Shown here one piece after another: positions 61,817 through 64,000 of a stretch of DNA of 64,000 nt (positions are counted from its first letter, which is position 1; each line of letters starts with the position of its first letter). Source of the DNA: Ignavibacteriota bacterium (GTDB lineage: Bacteria > Bacteroidota > Ignavibacteria > UBA10030 > UBA6906); NCBI GenBank assembly GCA_963801355.1, contig CAWDEM010000004.1, forward strand, positions 1,152,001 to 1,216,000. The letters are read 5' to 3'. Both the position numbers and the translations under genes were made by a program. Below the pieces are notes generated by a model. The model saw only the letters and a list, made by a program, of their open reading frames with translations. It was not told where the DNA came from and searched no databases.

Positions 61817-64000
61817 ATGAACATCATAAACTTTGGACGTAAGGTAGGGACCCTGGGACGAGGATTCGCCGTGCTCTGTCTCCTCGTTCTCGGGATGACC
61901 GTCGCCCTGTATGGTCAACCCCTGCAGAACGCAACGTCAGGTGTTATGATTCCGGCCAACGGTGATGGCGTGATGATTGGCGGGAACCTGTGGGAATCCT
62001 TCCAGGCGGCCAACACCGTGGGCCCCCAGTACTGGGAGGGAGCCAAGGAAATGACAGAACGATCGGTCAGATTGGGGAATTTTGACCGCTCGTGGTCAAC
62101 GCCGACCATCATGTGGCCGGGCGGATGGACCAACTCCAACATCTGGGGCATGGCGATGTACATCTCTACATACGATCCTGACCCCACATTCAACCCGGCC
62201 ACCATCGGTGGCGCCACCAACCCGTCGTACTACTCCACTTCCGGGAATAACTATGCGATGGCTGCTTATGCCAACAAGCCCGCAAAGACTCCTCCCCGTG
62301 TCGTGCTGGGAGCCGGTGACCCGGCCCGCGACTACAGACGCGAAACAAAGTGGGTGGATGCGACGAAACGGCATCATACGTTGTATGAAGCAGGGTGGCC
62401 CACGACGATCGGCGTGGACGTCAAGATTGATGTCCACCAATACAGCCTGCGCTGGAACGCGATGAGTGATTTCATCATCATGAACGTCACGATGACGAAC
62501 ACGGGGAATGTAGACCTGAACTGTGACGGCGTTGCCGAAAGGACAAACAACGTCATCAAAGCTCTCGCGCTGGTCATGGATTGCGAATTGGGCTTCTCCG
62601 CCCGATTGGGCACCAACGCCGGCCGTGGTTCCGCCTGGGGAATCTCCCGGCGCGTTGCAGGATACATCGGTGACAACGACCCGAAAGGGAACCCCTGGGC
62701 AACGACGGTGATCTACCCCGGGGAAAGCGGTCCCAATGTCAACGACATGGGGATCAATGACAACCCGTTGAGGTTCTACACGGATGTACAGAACGGATGG
62801 ACCTGGCTTGGTGCAAAGGATGCTACAGGCAACCCGAAGAAGACCATTTACGGGACTGATGCCGTCGGTACCGGAACCCAACGTGGTTGGTATACCTCAG
62901 CAGGTGTCGCTCGCGGCCTCGGGCTTGGGTACGGGGATCCGAGAGGCACACACATCCTGTTCCATGGGGACCTGGTACAAAGACGGCGGCAGGGGCCGGA
63001 GCTCATCGGCTCTCGATCTGAGCCCGAACCCGAATTTCTTTGCCTCCGGCACAACCGGCGACCCGACATCGTTCGTGCCAAAGGCTTCTCCATCGAGGCC
63101 GAACGGAGACCGCAAACTCCTGTCGCTGGAAGACCCTTCCGCATTCGAAGAAATCACGCATGAACCGAACTGGACAATCGGCTACACGCAGCACAACAAC
63201 TTCGACGGCAACACGTACCACGGCCTCGGGCCCTTCAGCCTCGCGGTAGGCGAGACGATGACGGTGACGTTCGTCGAGATGGGCGGATTCCGGTTGCAGG
63301 GAGTGCTCAATGCCCTTGCGGCAGCGCGCTATGTGTATGAAAACGGCGATGCCTTCCTGGACAACTATCCGGCCGTGCCGGAGATCCGGATCGACTCGAA
63401 GGCCCCGGGTATTCCCGTCCTTCGCTGGGACAACCGTGCAGAGAGCGGGCCGAATTTCGGCGGCTACAAGATCTACCGTGCGTCGCAGGCAGTCCCGATC
63501 GACTGGACAAAGACAGGCATGCGCGTGGTCGATGATTACTGGAAGAGCATGACTCCCGGACCGACACCTGAGAATCTGAAGGTGCCGATGAACCCCGATT
63601 TCAAGGCATTCGACTATATCGCGGGGAAGAGAGGTGTTCCGGACAGCTGGGGACCCTATGACCTGGTCAAGGTGATTCCGGCAGCCCAGGCCGGCAGCTT
63701 CGCCGACAACTCGGCCAGCGGGTACAATTATTCCTGGATGGACAATGAAGCACCATTCGGCTTCAAATTCTGGTACTATGTTGCCGCCTATACCAACACA
63801 GGGATGACTCTGAATTCTTCCTATGCTGGTTACAAGCCGGCCAGCACAGAATTCGTGGAGACAGCGAAAATAAACGAGAATGGCGCGTCAGGATTGTGGG
63901 CGAACACCTATCCATTCGCGTTCCTGAACGTGGATTGGCCAAAGACCGCCGAAGGTTTGAAGAATATGGGTGCCGCCATAGCAGTGGAACGGACCCCCAT
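61817..64000 (+). CDS. Large secreted protein downstream of the TonB receptor; partial, frameshift near 62960
   Basis: Signal peptide; DFIIMNVTMTNTGNVDLNCDG. After the shift an open frame runs to the window end with GPFSLAVGETM, LRWD, FGGYKIYR and FWYYVAAY (FnIII-like). Confidence 0.7.

Overview
A GC-rich bacterial window dominated by carbohydrate uptake and catabolism. The gene styles suggest a deep-branching FCB-group organism such as Ignavibacteriota; this is inference only. Left to right: (1) an intact IS1182-family element with 15-bp inverted repeats and a CTAG target duplication, sitting between a sigma70-like promoter and glmS; (2) an enoyl-ACP-reductase-like SDR and a sodium:solute symporter with a small partner gene; (3) a GntR-led hexuronate operon (exuT, uxaC, SDR mannonate oxidoreductase, gnd, pdxB-like, LarA-family epimerase) that has no uxuA; (4) a pentose module (GH172/DUF2961, FGGY kinase, sugar ABC, FucI-like isomerase, URO-D-like protein, D-lyxose isomerase) interrupted by an opposite-strand GHMP kinase/PrsW pair; (5) galT, a large CBM/Ntn-hydrolase/M1-like chimera, an APC permease and a vWA protein; (6) a ~24.6-kb minus-strand run (GH78-like, cupin, Gfo/Idh/MocA, AGE, creatininase-like, sugar porter, two paralogous unclassified six-hairpin-glycosidase-like proteins, GH47, second sugar ABC, S9 and M1 peptidases, acyltransferase); (7) a divergent TonB-dependent receptor and a large secreted partner running off the window. 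About 11 frameshifts occur, all beyond ~37 kb, and are most likely assembly indel errors. No rRNA, tRNA or CRISPR array was recognised. The best candidates for new biology are the uxuA-less glucuronate route, a putative D-arabinofuranoside module and the paralogous unclassified glycosidase pair in a SusD-less PUL-like locus.
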